Assembly (NCBI GenBank): GCA_021613535.1
Contig: CP075497.1
Coordinates: 1,302,001 to 1,366,000, forward strand
Length of the DNA stretch: 64,000 nucleotides
Origin: Adineta vaga
Lineage: Eukaryota > Animalia > Rotifera
Reading direction: 5' to 3'
Shown: one piece after another, positions 49,030 through 60,366 of the stretch
How positions within the stretch are numbered: the stretch's first letter is position 1
Layout of the letters: each line of letters opens with the position of its first letter
The notes under the pieces: generated by a model
What the model saw: the letters and a program-made list of their open reading frames with translations, nothing else
What the model was told of the DNA's origin: nothing
Database searches by the model: none
Translations under genes and position numbers: made by a program

Positions 49030-50763
49030 TTAATATCCCGTAGCATGTCCATCACCTCTCGGATCAGATGAAGCTGCCCAAACTAATTGATTATCATCAT
49101 TATAAACTCGATAAATAATTTGTCCACGACCAAACATTGCACGTTCAAAATCTTTAATTAATTTCACATGATGACCATATGATTTTAATTTTTCTAAAAT
49201 CTCGTCATTAATTCCATCTTCAAAAAAAATTTCACTTGGACAATCTGTTTCTTCATTCCCATTTGGAATAAATGGACCAATACAAAATCGAGGAAGATCA
49301 AGTGCTTGTTGAATATTCATTTGATAATGTAATAAATTTAAAAAAACTTGTAAATGACCTTGTGGTTGCATAAAACCACCCATAACACCATAACAAGCTA
49401 ATAAATCACCATTTTCATAAGTTATCATTGATGGAATAATCGTATGATATGGTCTTTTACCACCTTGAAAACAATTTGGATGATTTTCATCTAAAATAAA
49501 ATTTGATCCACGATTTTGTAATGTAAATCCACAATTATTTGGAATAGCACCCGTACCAAAACCCATATAATTTGAATATATAAATGAACAAGCATTTCCA
49601 TGAGAATCCGTAACAGCGAAATAAACAGTATCGGAAGAATTTAGAGGATTTCCATGTTTCAAATTTTTATTTATTGATGTTAAATCAAAATTTTGAGCAC
49701 GTTTCGATAAATAATCATCAGATAATAATTCATCGATAGGAATTTGATTAAATGTTGGATCATTAATAAAATATCTTCCATCAGCAAATGCTAAACGAAG
49801 TGATTCAATTAATATATGAAGATATTCAGCGGAATTATGTTGTAATTTTTCCAATGAAGGAATTTTCTTTTGTTTTTGTAATTGTTGAAGAATTCCAATG
49901 GCTAAAAGTGCAATAAGACCTTGACCATTTGGTGGACATTCCCATATTCTAACTGATGGGAAATTTTCAACATTATATAAAATTGATATTGGTTCAATTA
50001 TTGTTGTTTGATGTTCTTCTAAATCTTCTAATGTCATTTCACCACCTTTTTCTTGAATTAAATCAACAATTGATTGTGCAACATAGCCTTTGTAAAATCC
50101 ATCACGTCCTTTATCAATTATTTCACGAAATGTTTTAGCTAGTTTTGGCATTTTCATAATTTCACCTGGTTTCGGTGCTTTGCCATTTTTTAACATATCA
50201 TCTCCATTAGATGATGCTTGTTTTAATAACTTTTCTGCATTAGTCCAACTATTTGAAGTAATTTCTGATACAGGATAACCATTTTCAGCTAAACGAATTG
50301 CAGGTGTTAAAATATCATTTAATGAAATGTTTTGTGAACCAAATTGTTCAATTGTTTGAATAAAAGCGTCAACAGCACCAGGTACAGTAACTGAATTGAG
50401 ATTATTTGGTGGAATACAATCTCCTTTAATACCTTTTTGACGAAGTTTTTCTAAATTTAAATTTTTTGGTGATCTTCCACTTCCATTTAATCCTAAAACT
50501 TTTTTTGTCTTGCTATTATAAAATAGAACAAAACAATCACCACCAACTCCACATGAACTTGGTTCAGTAACATTTAATGCAGCTGCAACTGCAACAGCTG
50601 CATCAGCCGCATTTCCACCTTTTCGTAAAATTTCTAAACCAGCTTCACATGCTAACGGTTGAGAGCATGCAACAATTCCATGTGTTCCATAAACAACTGA
50701 ACGACGTGATTGAAAATTGAAATTTGATTTTTCGTTTAATTTTAAATAGTCATTAGTCGACAT
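49030..50763 (-). CDS. Gamma-glutamyltransferase/glutathione hydrolase, cytosolic YwrD/LmbA-like (microbial type), intronless
   Basis: GGNAADAAVA, LNGSGRSP, ECPPNGQG, catalytic Thr in SDTVYF, LQNRG, KRPYHTIIP, GVMGGFMQPQGH, SDPRGDG; no N-terminal TM anchor. Confidence 0.93.
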   Translation of the reverse strand: MSTNDYLKLNEKSNFNFQSRRSVVYGTHGIVACSQPLACEAGLEILRKGGNAADAAVAVAAALNVTEPSSCGVGGDCFVLFYNSKTKKVLGLNGSGRSPKNLNLEKLRQKGIKGDCIPPNNLNSVTVPGAVDAFIQTIEQFGSQNISLNDILTPAIRLAENGYPVSEITSNSWTNAEKLLKQASSNGDDMLKNGKAPKPGEIMKMPKLAKTFREIIDKGRDGFYKGYVAQSIVDLIQEKGGEMTLEDLEEHQTTIIEPISILYNVENFPSVRIWECPPNGQGLIALLAIGILQQLQKQKKIPSLEKLQHNSAEYLHILIESLRLAFADGRYFINDPTFNQIPIDELLSDDYLSKRAQNFDLTSINKNLKHGNPLNSSDTVYFAVTDSHGNACSFIYSNYMGFGTGAIPNNCGFTLQNRGSNFILDENHPNCFQGGKRPYHTIIPSMITYENGDLLACYGVMGGFMQPQGHLQVFLNLLHYQMNIQQALDLPRFCIGPFIPNGNEETDCPSEIFFEDGINDEILEKLKSYGHHVKLIKDFERAMFGRGQIIYRVYNDDNQLVWAASSDPRGDGHATGY

Positions 50764-51341
50764 TTTTTGTATTCTTTCTTATCATTTAATAAAAAGATAA
50801 TAAAACAATATAACAAATGATTTACCTTATTTGATAAATTTTGTACCAACGAAATTAATTCACTTTCTTTTTAAATTAAATTAAATTAAATTTTGAAGAG
50901 ATCCATTTGATTAAGAATTGTTTATCTATTTAATGATCACGCAGAACATATAGAATGTTCTAATACATCATAAGTCAAAGACTCAAGACAAGAGCGCCAT
51001 CTTATTTATTCAATATGTAAAAATATACAAGGTAAAGGATATGTCCCAAAAGTTCTGAAACGATTTTGAATATTTCTCGATTTTTGTATTTATAGATAGC
51101 GAATCTCTTCGAAACTTTTACAGATTATTTACCATTTCTAGGATATTTTAATTAATTGTATCAGACTGAAAAGCTTTTCTTATAACTACATCATCTTGAG
51201 ACGGAGCATGTAACTGAATGTAGGTGAGAATGATGGACGGATATATTTTCTTTCATCACTCACATCCACACCCTCAAAATTTATTATTACAGCACAATTA
51301 AAAGTATTTCCTTTCTTTTTTACATTATAGGAAAGACTGAT

Positions 51342-52334
51342 TTATATTTTTTGCTGAATTTCGTCCAGTACATTCTGTTTCAGTCGATTGAATGTGCCGA
51401 TACACTGTTTGCTAATTTCTTCGACATGCCGATGATCTGTTCCACAACATCCACCGAATATGCTTAAAACCTTGGATTTCTCTAAAAGAGCTCTGTTTAG
51501 TTCACCAAATTCCACTGGATTTCCTGAATCAAGTTCTTTACATTCATCGAGCTCAGTATGACTCTTCGCCGAAGCATTGCATCGAATTCCACGAATTCTT
51601 AATAGCCAAGGTTCATCCGAAACGAAGAGACGTTCAAAATGACCGGGATGGGCACAATTTATCATATAATAGACGGGTGTATTCTCAGTAGCGTGATCGA
51701 CAAGTTCAATAGCATCTTTCAGTGTTTGTCCTGATGGTAGGCAACCATCGGTTTCCACCGTGAACGAAATTACAATAGGCATACCAACTGCTTTCGCAGC
51801 TCGAGTAATTCCAATAGCTTCTTCTGCGTAATTTAAAGTCATGGCAGTAATGAGATCTGCATTAGTCTGACTAAAAATGTTAATTTGTACCGCATGATAT
51901 AATTGTGCTTCTTCTGCTGACATCATACTCGTAGGATTATATCCATCACCGCGCGGACCTAAGCATCCACTAGTAATGATCGGAAAATTTTCTGCAGAAT
52001 ATTCATTACGAATATCTTCGAGCATTTCGATCGCCTGGCGATTGATATCAATAACATCTTGATCAGAATAACCGAGTTTCTTCATCCAATCAGGATTAGC
52101 TCGCCAAGTAACGCTTTGCAAGATAAAACCAGTATTATACTTTCGAGCAAGATTCATGTATGTTCGTAGATAATTTCTTACCCATTCACATTTCGTTTCG
52201 TCTTTCAGTAGAATGAATGCCGCGAAGCAAGGAAGTTCTATACCTTCATCAAAGATCAGAATCGTTTCAACGCCAGCATCCGTGATAAAGAATTGATCGA
52301 CAAATTGTGACAATTGATTTCGATATTTAGCCAT
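51342..52334 (-). CDS. Homocysteine S-methyltransferase family protein (bacterial-like), intronless
   Basis: TDAGVET, TWRAN, GPRGDGY, ISFTVETDG, and Zn-binding INCAHP and GGCCGT. Confidence 0.9.
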   Translation of the reverse strand: MAKYRNQLSQFVDQFFITDAGVETILIFDEGIELPCFAAFILLKDETKCEWVRNYLRTYMNLARKYNTGFILQSVTWRANPDWMKKLGYSDQDVIDINRQAIEMLEDIRNEYSAENFPIITSGCLGPRGDGYNPTSMMSAEEAQLYHAVQINIFSQTNADLITAMTLNYAEEAIGITRAAKAVGMPIVISFTVETDGCLPSGQTLKDAIELVDHATENTPVYYMINCAHPGHFERLFVSDEPWLLRIRGIRCNASAKSHTELDECKELDSGNPVEFGELNRALLEKSKVLSIFGGCCGTDHRHVEEISKQCIGTFNRLKQNVLDEIQQKI

Positions 52335-52913
52335 ACTAAGTACATAAAATAAAGAATAATTTCGCTGTAAGAAAAATGTCTAACAATAGTGAGAAAAGAA
52401 TATTTGTTGACGTTGATAGTTATGAAAAACGCAGTTTGCTTATATTGTTACCAAATGGGTGCAATAATGAGAGAACGAGCAAGACACTGTAGATATGTAT
52501 CAATTTGACTATTCTTACACCTGTTAACGAGAAAAACGAAACACATACAGTATGTCATCACACGTTCTATGATAAATGCCAGTACTTTCATCCTTTCGCG
52601 TACATGTATATATTTACTCATTCTCATATCATGCACGAAGTGTGTGATCGAGATGACTTAGCATTTTTTCTAATTTCTTGATACAGGAAAAAATACGAAT
52701 ATTGAAAGTGAACAATTTTTTTCAACAATGATTGAAGAAATTATTCGTGGATATGAAAAACGACATAACGACACACTTACTTTTTTATTATAGGTCTATA
52801 TGGGGACGGGCGTCTTGTCGGGCATCATGTCTGATATTTGTATGAGCAATGACTAGGCGAGACGGGGAATCAGGACTGGAAAAAGACTCGTCGTTTGCTT
52901 ATCTGGGCGACTA

Positions 52914-53620
52914 ATGCTTGATGAATGGTTATTTAATGTCTCTTTTTCATCGTATTATAATATATGTTTACCATTATCGTGTACATATCAATATGAAGAT
53001 CGAAACCATCTTTTCGTTAGTATTACAACTATTATAAGTATCTTTGGTGGATTATCTTTAGTATTAAAAAACTTTTATTCATCATTGGACTTGAATTTAT
53101 TGATAAAATTGATAGTTTCTTTGAGTTTAATCAAACAAATCTTTATTTGTCAACATGAAAAACAAATTATTCGTCGATTACATATTATTTTAGTTATTGG
53201 AATTCTTACTGTATGTTACATGTTTTCTGTTTTTACTCCTCGTATAATAACTAATCAGACAAATAAACCTTTATTAGAAATTTATCAAGATGTATCTAAA
53301 CAATCTTATGATATATATTCGAATGTTCTTGTTCACATCTTTCAATTAAATATGAGATATTTTTAAATTTAACAGCTCGTTTTCATGAAATTCGTTCAAG
53401 TGATTTAATTAATGATCAATGGATTTCATATTTATATGAGAAGAGAAGTGCTGATTATCAATATTCTGTGTATGATTTTTATTATTCAGCTGTTGGACAA
53501 TTTCAATTACTTTCATCATTTTATAATTTATCGAATGAAATAGTTGAAAATTCAATTTTTCAATTTAAAACAAGTGATTTTATTAATAATCAACTTTTAT
53601 TATTTGGATTCTTGAATATA
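52914..53620 (+). pseudogene. Fragment of a multi-TM Cys-containing protein, frameshifted
   Basis: YYNICLPLSCTYQY, a TM helix, then out-of-frame continuation ARFHEIRSSDLINDQWI and QFQLLSSFYNLS. Resembles a repeated bdelloid family (recollection). Confidence 0.5.
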
Positions 53621-55321
53621 GGGAGAGATAGAGAACACATGATGAACATATAATATGACATCATACACAACGAAAGAAAACATATGTATATGTATAGACA
53701 GAAAACAATATCGTATAGGAAATATTCCATCAGAACATCAAAATGAATTTCTTTTCAATACACCAGCCATATATCACGAACATTGTTCTGGAGATGTTTA
53801 AGACGATTTCTAGCTACATAATTATTAATTCCTATAACCACCGCTAAATTTTCTTCAGTATTCGTAATAGGCATAATATGTGTAATAAACGTTATAATAG
53901 AAATGATCAAAATAGAAAACAAGATTTTGAGGCGATGAGTTCTATCGTCGATTTTTCAATTCTAAAATACAATCGAAACAGAATTCGAAGTACTTTCGCA
54001 CTTTGTTTCTCGGACAAATGCTTTTTTTAATTAAGATACAATACAATATAAACTGATTTTAGTAGAGAATGCGGGTAAAATCCACGTCGTAATTGATACC
54101 AACGAGGACATGTTTTCATAAAGAAGTTTTACAAGTTCCATTTCAGTGATAATTCAGGCCAATGGATTCAGTGCTTGATCCAAAGAACATTCGGTGAGAT
54201 CCGATTGTCGCATTCTTATCGGGAAAATTACTTTTTGTAATAGCAGATTAATATCCATTGACATTTCTAATAAAGCAGCAATCGAGTTATTTACTTAATT
54301 CATCACTTAAATAAATTTAAGACATTGTTTTCTCGAAATATTTGATTAAATTCAAATTTGTCACAAAACCAAATTCTCCATAAATTTGATCTAAACCATT
54401 CTGACAATGATCAGCTTCTCTTGGGATATATTTTCACAACAAATATAACCAAATCTGTCAATTTATAATTAACGACCACCAATCGGCCAAAGAATTGGAA
54501 TCTCTTCAGTCTATAAAAACAGAATACAAGAAAATGAAAATAGATACCTTTCGAGGAGGAGATGATTGTTTATGATGTATCTGAGCGTTATGCCTCTTGT
54601 ATTCTTTTGAAATTTGCTTTTTCTTTGTTTGATTCTCTTATTATCGTTTTCAATCAAGCCTGTTTTATTTTTATATTATTTCTTTTTCTTTTTTTCATCT
54701 ACATATCTTAATTCATACTTTTACAACCGTTTTATTTTTAACAATTGTTATTCTGTTCGATATCGACTGAATAAAGTGATATCTGCATTTTTTTTCTTCA
54801 TTTGTACGATCTGTTTGATCTGTTCTTCGTAGCTGCGGATACAACCAAAGCGAAGTCACTGAGATTCTTTAATTTTGTTTCTTGTCTGGTAACGTGACAA
54901 GATACATATGAATGCAAGCAACATTTTTCTTTCATATATGTTAAAACTTCTCCGATACTTGTTTGTAACAGAAAAACAACACCATCACAATATTCAGAAT
55001 CAAATTAATTTTATGATGATGCGAGCTGCATGACTTACAGTATAAAATATAATGACTAGCGTACTATATAGATACAGAATGATTCTTGTAATATTATATA
55101 ATGATACTTCATAAGGTCAAATATGGTCTGTAATAACAAATAATATCATTTAACAATACCAATACTATAATGGTATTCTTACATCTCTAATACTAATCAA
55201 TACTCATATGGTGCGACCTTAACTGAATATATGTAGTATATATCGTATCAGTATTGTGGTACAAAAAAACACGATATATTTTACATTTAATTTTATTAAA
55301 CAAATCAAAAGAGAGTTCTAT

Positions 55322-57318
55322 TTATAATAATAATGGAAAAAAACTATAGAATTCTGTAGTATGTACCAACGGTGAGAATATTAGTAATTGTTTTATTTTA
55401 GCACAATTGCGTCGTGTTTCTTTTCTGGTAAAATTATTTGTAACAATTCTTAAGTTATTATAAACGACTCTTAGTTTTGTCAGACATGGTACATATGTCT
55501 TTGTTTCATTTAAAAATTGCTCAATATAATCATTTCCACATCGAATGTCAAGATAGGTAAGATGAGGATATTTAGCAATTTCGTATGATTGACTATCAGT
55601 AAATTGACATGATTGCGGTTCCCTATTAAAAATACGCAAAGTCATTAGTAATGGAAAAGCTCGAGCAAGTTGAATGAAGAATTCTCGATTGAATGAAATT
55701 ACATCTCGTACCACCAGATATGTAACATAATTAAATCTGATATTTGGAATCATATGACCAATATCTTCAAGATGATCAAATGTAAAGGGAATCGAGAAGA
55801 CAGAACATGTAATTTCTTCACAACTAGAATGATTGATAATATTAACTACATGATGTTGTTCGATATTGGTAAATATTCGTTGAATATCTTCACTAGATAA
55901 TTGGTCTTGTAAACCATCAGTATTGATATAAGTACAAATATAGAAAGTGAACCAATGAAGATGTGGCATATGAACAAGAATTTCATTTTGAAGCAGAGTA
56001 CCATCCACAAATCTATCCTGATCTTTTATACGAAGATATAAAGTTAATTTTTCCAAATTTGACATACGACGAAAAAGAGGTAGAAGATTAGTATCATATA
56101 GATTAATTCGAAAATCACATTTTAAAGAGAAACATGTCATATGAGGTAAATTATCCTAAAAATAAAAATAAATATCCCTTGATCAAGATAAAAAAAAACA
56201 TTAGTCAATTAGTTCTAAGCAGACAAACAAAATTTCGAAAATTGCGTATGACCGAGCTAGTTAAGCGTGTGAGGGTAGGAATGAGCATGTTGTGGATTTG
56301 AAATGATGTATTCTGTTTTGAACTCTTCGTTCACATTTTCATGTGCATCTTTTGTGAAACAGGAAACTAATTTTATGACGATTTTTCTACTCTCATCAAG
56401 TCCTACTGATTACCAGATTATGACCTCTAATGTTATAAATCAAAAGTGTACAGAATAAGTAGTCAATTTCATTCCATAATCAACTACATTTGTTACAACT
56501 CACCATATTGTGAATGATCGATAACGAGCTGTCTATGTAACCTATTCGAACATTAAGTGTAGTCAATTGTTTGAGTCTACCATCAAGTAAATAAAGACAA
56601 TCGTCTAAACTGCACATATCGATAGATAAATAAGTAAGAATCGAAGAATGGAAAGTATTCGGTGGTAAACCAACAAGTGACAAGTACGGATTTGACATCT
56701 TGACTGATCCAATAATATTCAAATGTTTCAAGTTTTTAAAGAACTTCAAAATACGTTCATATACATCTACAGTATAATTGTTCGATAGTTCTGTCAGCTT
56801 GTCTTTGTCATGATTTACAAGAATAAGATGTGTAATTTGTTCTTGAAAGATATGTCGAAGAGGTGATCCATCTAAATAAAACAATAATATACTTCGTTTA
56901 GATTGTTTTCATTTAATATCAGTCTTGTTTTTGTTATTCCACTTACTTGTAAGATAAGGTAAAACGAATTCTTGTTTGAAATTGAAAAGTTTTATTTTGG
57001 TCAGATTTGGATAGTCGCTACAAAAAGAACACATTCCATCAAACCTGGTTTCAGAATAAAATATTTGACATTCTCATGAATTTTTGGTAATATATCGATG
57101 CAAAAATGTTTGAGTTTGAAGCGATCAATTGAAGACATAGGATCGAACGATACAAAATCAAGGATGTTACTGAAGATTTTTTCTTTTGCTAGAATATCAA
57201 GTCGTTCATCGTCAATATTCAATAACGAATAAAGAACATCAGTATTGCTGAGTTTTTTCAAAATGATAAGTAGTAACTCGTCGGGTAGATCCAGAAGACA
57301 AACACCAAATTGATTCAT
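55322..57318 (-). pseudogene. F-box/LRR-like protein, 3 exons, with one frameshift in exon 1
   Basis: F-box LLDLPDELLLIILKKLSNTDVLYSL; DCLYLLDGRLKQL; RRMSNLEKLTLYL; TRRNCAKIKQL. The continuation DYPNLTKIKLFNF is out of frame near 57020. Confidence 0.75.
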
Positions 57319-58375
57319 ATTTTATTTTGACTTGAATAGATGAATTCAGTAAGAAAATGTTTCATTGCATAATCGTACAAGGTCAAAGGCCCCAAACAGA
57401 CTAGACTAGACTAAAACAAAACAAAACAAAGAAAATTGGCATATTAACACTCAAATTATTTTCATGAGATGAGCTATTGATTAATTCAGTTTCAATTCTT
57501 CTAGTCTGTTTGAAGCCAACGCGAGATGAATGAGCCAACCAACATCAAATAAAAACACAATAATGTACTTGAGGGCAGCCCATGTCATCCCATTTAATCT
57601 AAAGTCCTTCTTAACACACACTGTTGATAGATGAGAGATAAATTTTCTGATGGAGTTCGATTTTTGAACCTTAATCTCATTTCCGAGAAAACTGACATTT
57701 AATGAGACCAATATTCCTATCAGTACTGTTTATCCAAACGATTACGCGAAACAAGATTAAAATGGAATAATGCTTCTATCGTCTGTAGAATCTTTAATCT
57801 ATCAGAAAAAAATATTTTTTCAGATTGAAAATCGAGTATCTTTCCACTATGTAAACGATAGGGATCTGATGTATTTTAGAATTTTTCTACGATGTGATAG
57901 TGAGTGACAATGGAAATGTCTCCAGGGCTGCCAAACCTCCTGATTTGATCAGAAGTCTCGTGGTTTTTGCTTTCCCTCAGTCGAGATTTACAGACACCTT
58001 CTCGTTTATAGCCATTTAGTGGAGAAAACGAGAAAATAATCAGAATTCAATAGATTTTAATCAACTATTTCTGTGTCGAATGCTTTTTCTAAATCAGTTT
58101 TTTGATACATGATGTTTTTTTGACAACAATCAGAAACAAGATGACATATGGTTTAGCTGAAGTAGAATTCCAAACTATATGAACACCCATTTGACATCTA
58201 TAGTTTTATGTTTATGTTTAATAAATCGAATATAGTCAGAGAAATTCGATCGTCAGAGAAATATAGTCTCATTGAAAAAAGCCACCAGTTTAATAGTAAT
58301 TACTTAATTACATACTTTCTGCTTTATGTTTTGTTCTGTATTATTCGAGAAGTTAATATTCATTTGCTAATAATT

Positions 58376-58421
58376 AGGGTGGGTGTGGTTGGAGAAGACA
58401 TGTTTATACTCCACCCACCCT
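58376..58421. repeat. Telomere-like inverted-repeat hairpin
   Basis: AGGGTGGGTG(tggttggag)...(ctc)CACCCACCCT. Confidence 0.6.
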
Positions 58422-59262
58422 CCCAATTTTTCAATGAATTTGAGCCAATTTGATTGAGTCGAACTTACAACTGCCTATATCCATTAGCATATCCGACATA
58501 ATAGAAAAAAATTAATGAATTTGGTTTCGAATCTGTGCCTAAAGACTGAGATTTCAGGAGTTTTATATGAATATTTTTTAACTTGTTTGTGTGTAAGCTA
58601 CTCTCTCTCTTTTATGCAATATGATTCGAAGTCAAACACACATCCAATAATAAACCATTCTTTATCTGCAAATAAATAGGATGTAGGTAATTATTATGCT
58701 TATTGTCGATTTAAATTCTAATTATTCCAAATTTCACATAAAAGTTATTAATTTTATGAATCGATTTATTGAAAAATAAATAAATTTTATTTTTGTTATA
58801 GTAGTAAAAAAATCAAAAATCATCTTTTAATATCTACTATGAAATAGTAACCAAAAGTAAAGTGAAATCCATGTTCTGAGCGTGACAAGACGTCTACCTT
58901 CTTTTGCCTCTATTATTCCAATGATTCAACATGTATAATTATAGAATCATTCTAAAATATATCTCTAATGTCAAAAATATGATAACAAAATAAAGTTTTA
59001 TTTATGTTTAAAAATGAATACTCTTTCTAAACATTGATATCTTATTTCATTGATTATAATCGTTTACAAACTACTCCTATGCTATCTAGTTTCAATTAAC
59101 TGATAACTATCACAATGACATGACTAGAGTAATTTGAAACATTGTTTATCATATATATACAAATGTTTTTAATCGCTATTCTTATAAAGGAGAACAGTAC
59201 TAATCGCTAATATCTTCGGTTAAACAGATTTCCATTTACATAAAAAAAGACGTTCATAAAAG

Positions 59263-60049
59263 ATGGTTAATCCACAAAATATCGTTCGTTTCGATGCTCG
59301 TATACGATCCCAGCGAAAACTTCTTTTGATTTGCATTTTTCTATCAATGGTAAATATTCTTTGAATTTAAACTTATTCATTATAAATGAACATTTAGGGA
59401 ATCGATATATTTCTTTTTATTATGCAAAATATTGCATTAATATTTTCATTGGTGATAACTCATATCGATACTGACAAAACAGTTGATGGAGCAATTAATA
59501 AATTAACTAAAATTTTCAACGAAGGTAAGTTATTTGGCTTTATTTCTATGAATAATCTCATATTATTACCAATCATTATTATTTCTTCTATCATAGCTAT
59601 AATCAGTATCATTATTGACGCTCTTATGCTTTATTTCGTTGTCAAACTTAATCGTCTTGGTATATTAGTTGTAAGTAAATCATGTATATACGATTTAATT
59701 TGAATTTTTATCGTTTTATTACTTAGTTTGGATGGATCACTGTAATTTATATTATTTTGGAAGTTTTATCTATGATATTTTTCATTATTCTTTTGAGCAA
59801 ACATCTAATAGTGTTAACTCAAGAGTACAGTCATTCTGAATCAACTACTCTGAACGGAATTGATATAGTTATGATGATTGGGTATGGAACTCTTTTGATT
59901 ATAACAGTAAGCGAATGTTTTTGATTGTTTTATCGATTTGAAATGAATATATCTTTTAGATTTCGAAAATTATTTTCATCTTTAAATTAGAAAAATCACT
60001 CAAAGAACGAAATAAACATGATATACAACAATCATTTCCATTAGTTTGA
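59263..60049 (+). CDS. Small multi-pass membrane protein (about 4 TM), 4 exons, unknown function
   Basis: MVNPQNIVRFDARIRSQRKLLLICIFLSM; consecutive hydrophobic helices; clean GT-AG introns; ends SFPLV*. Confidence 0.65.
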
Positions 60050-60366
60050 TGAATTGCTTTTGTTTTCACAGGTTATACAAAAAAAAGTACGTTCATCTAT
60101 CTTTCCCTATATAATTTCGATGAAAATTGATACCCGTTTTATTTGACTTGAATTCTATTTTAAAATAAATAAATCAATCGAGAATGTCGTATTTAGTATA
60201 TTTATCGACAATAGAAATGTATTTATATTTATAGAAGAAGCAATCAAATAAAAAAAAAGACAAGAAAAGAAAGCTCATATATATATATATATATTTGTTT
60301 GTAGATTCGTTTGAAAAGAGTCACTGATGATGTAAATCGAAATAGCACCGGAATGTTGAATAAAGA

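Noticed and set aside
51020-51090. Tc1/mariner-like terminus (tgtcccaaaagttctgaaacg)
   Set aside because: No matching second terminus or TSD found.
49030-52334. Bacterial or fungal contamination of the assembly
   Set aside because: The genes are contiguous with intron-containing animal genes, and the GGT has host-like AT-rich codon usage and a poly(A)-like signal. A chimeric join cannot be fully excluded without reads.
54200-55030. Degenerate minus-strand coding-like remnant (KEKANFKRIQEA resembles a J-domain helix)
   Set aside because: Too many stops and frameshifts to support a product call.
57922-57970. CAGGGCTGCCA MITE-like end
   Set aside because: No partner inverted repeat identified.
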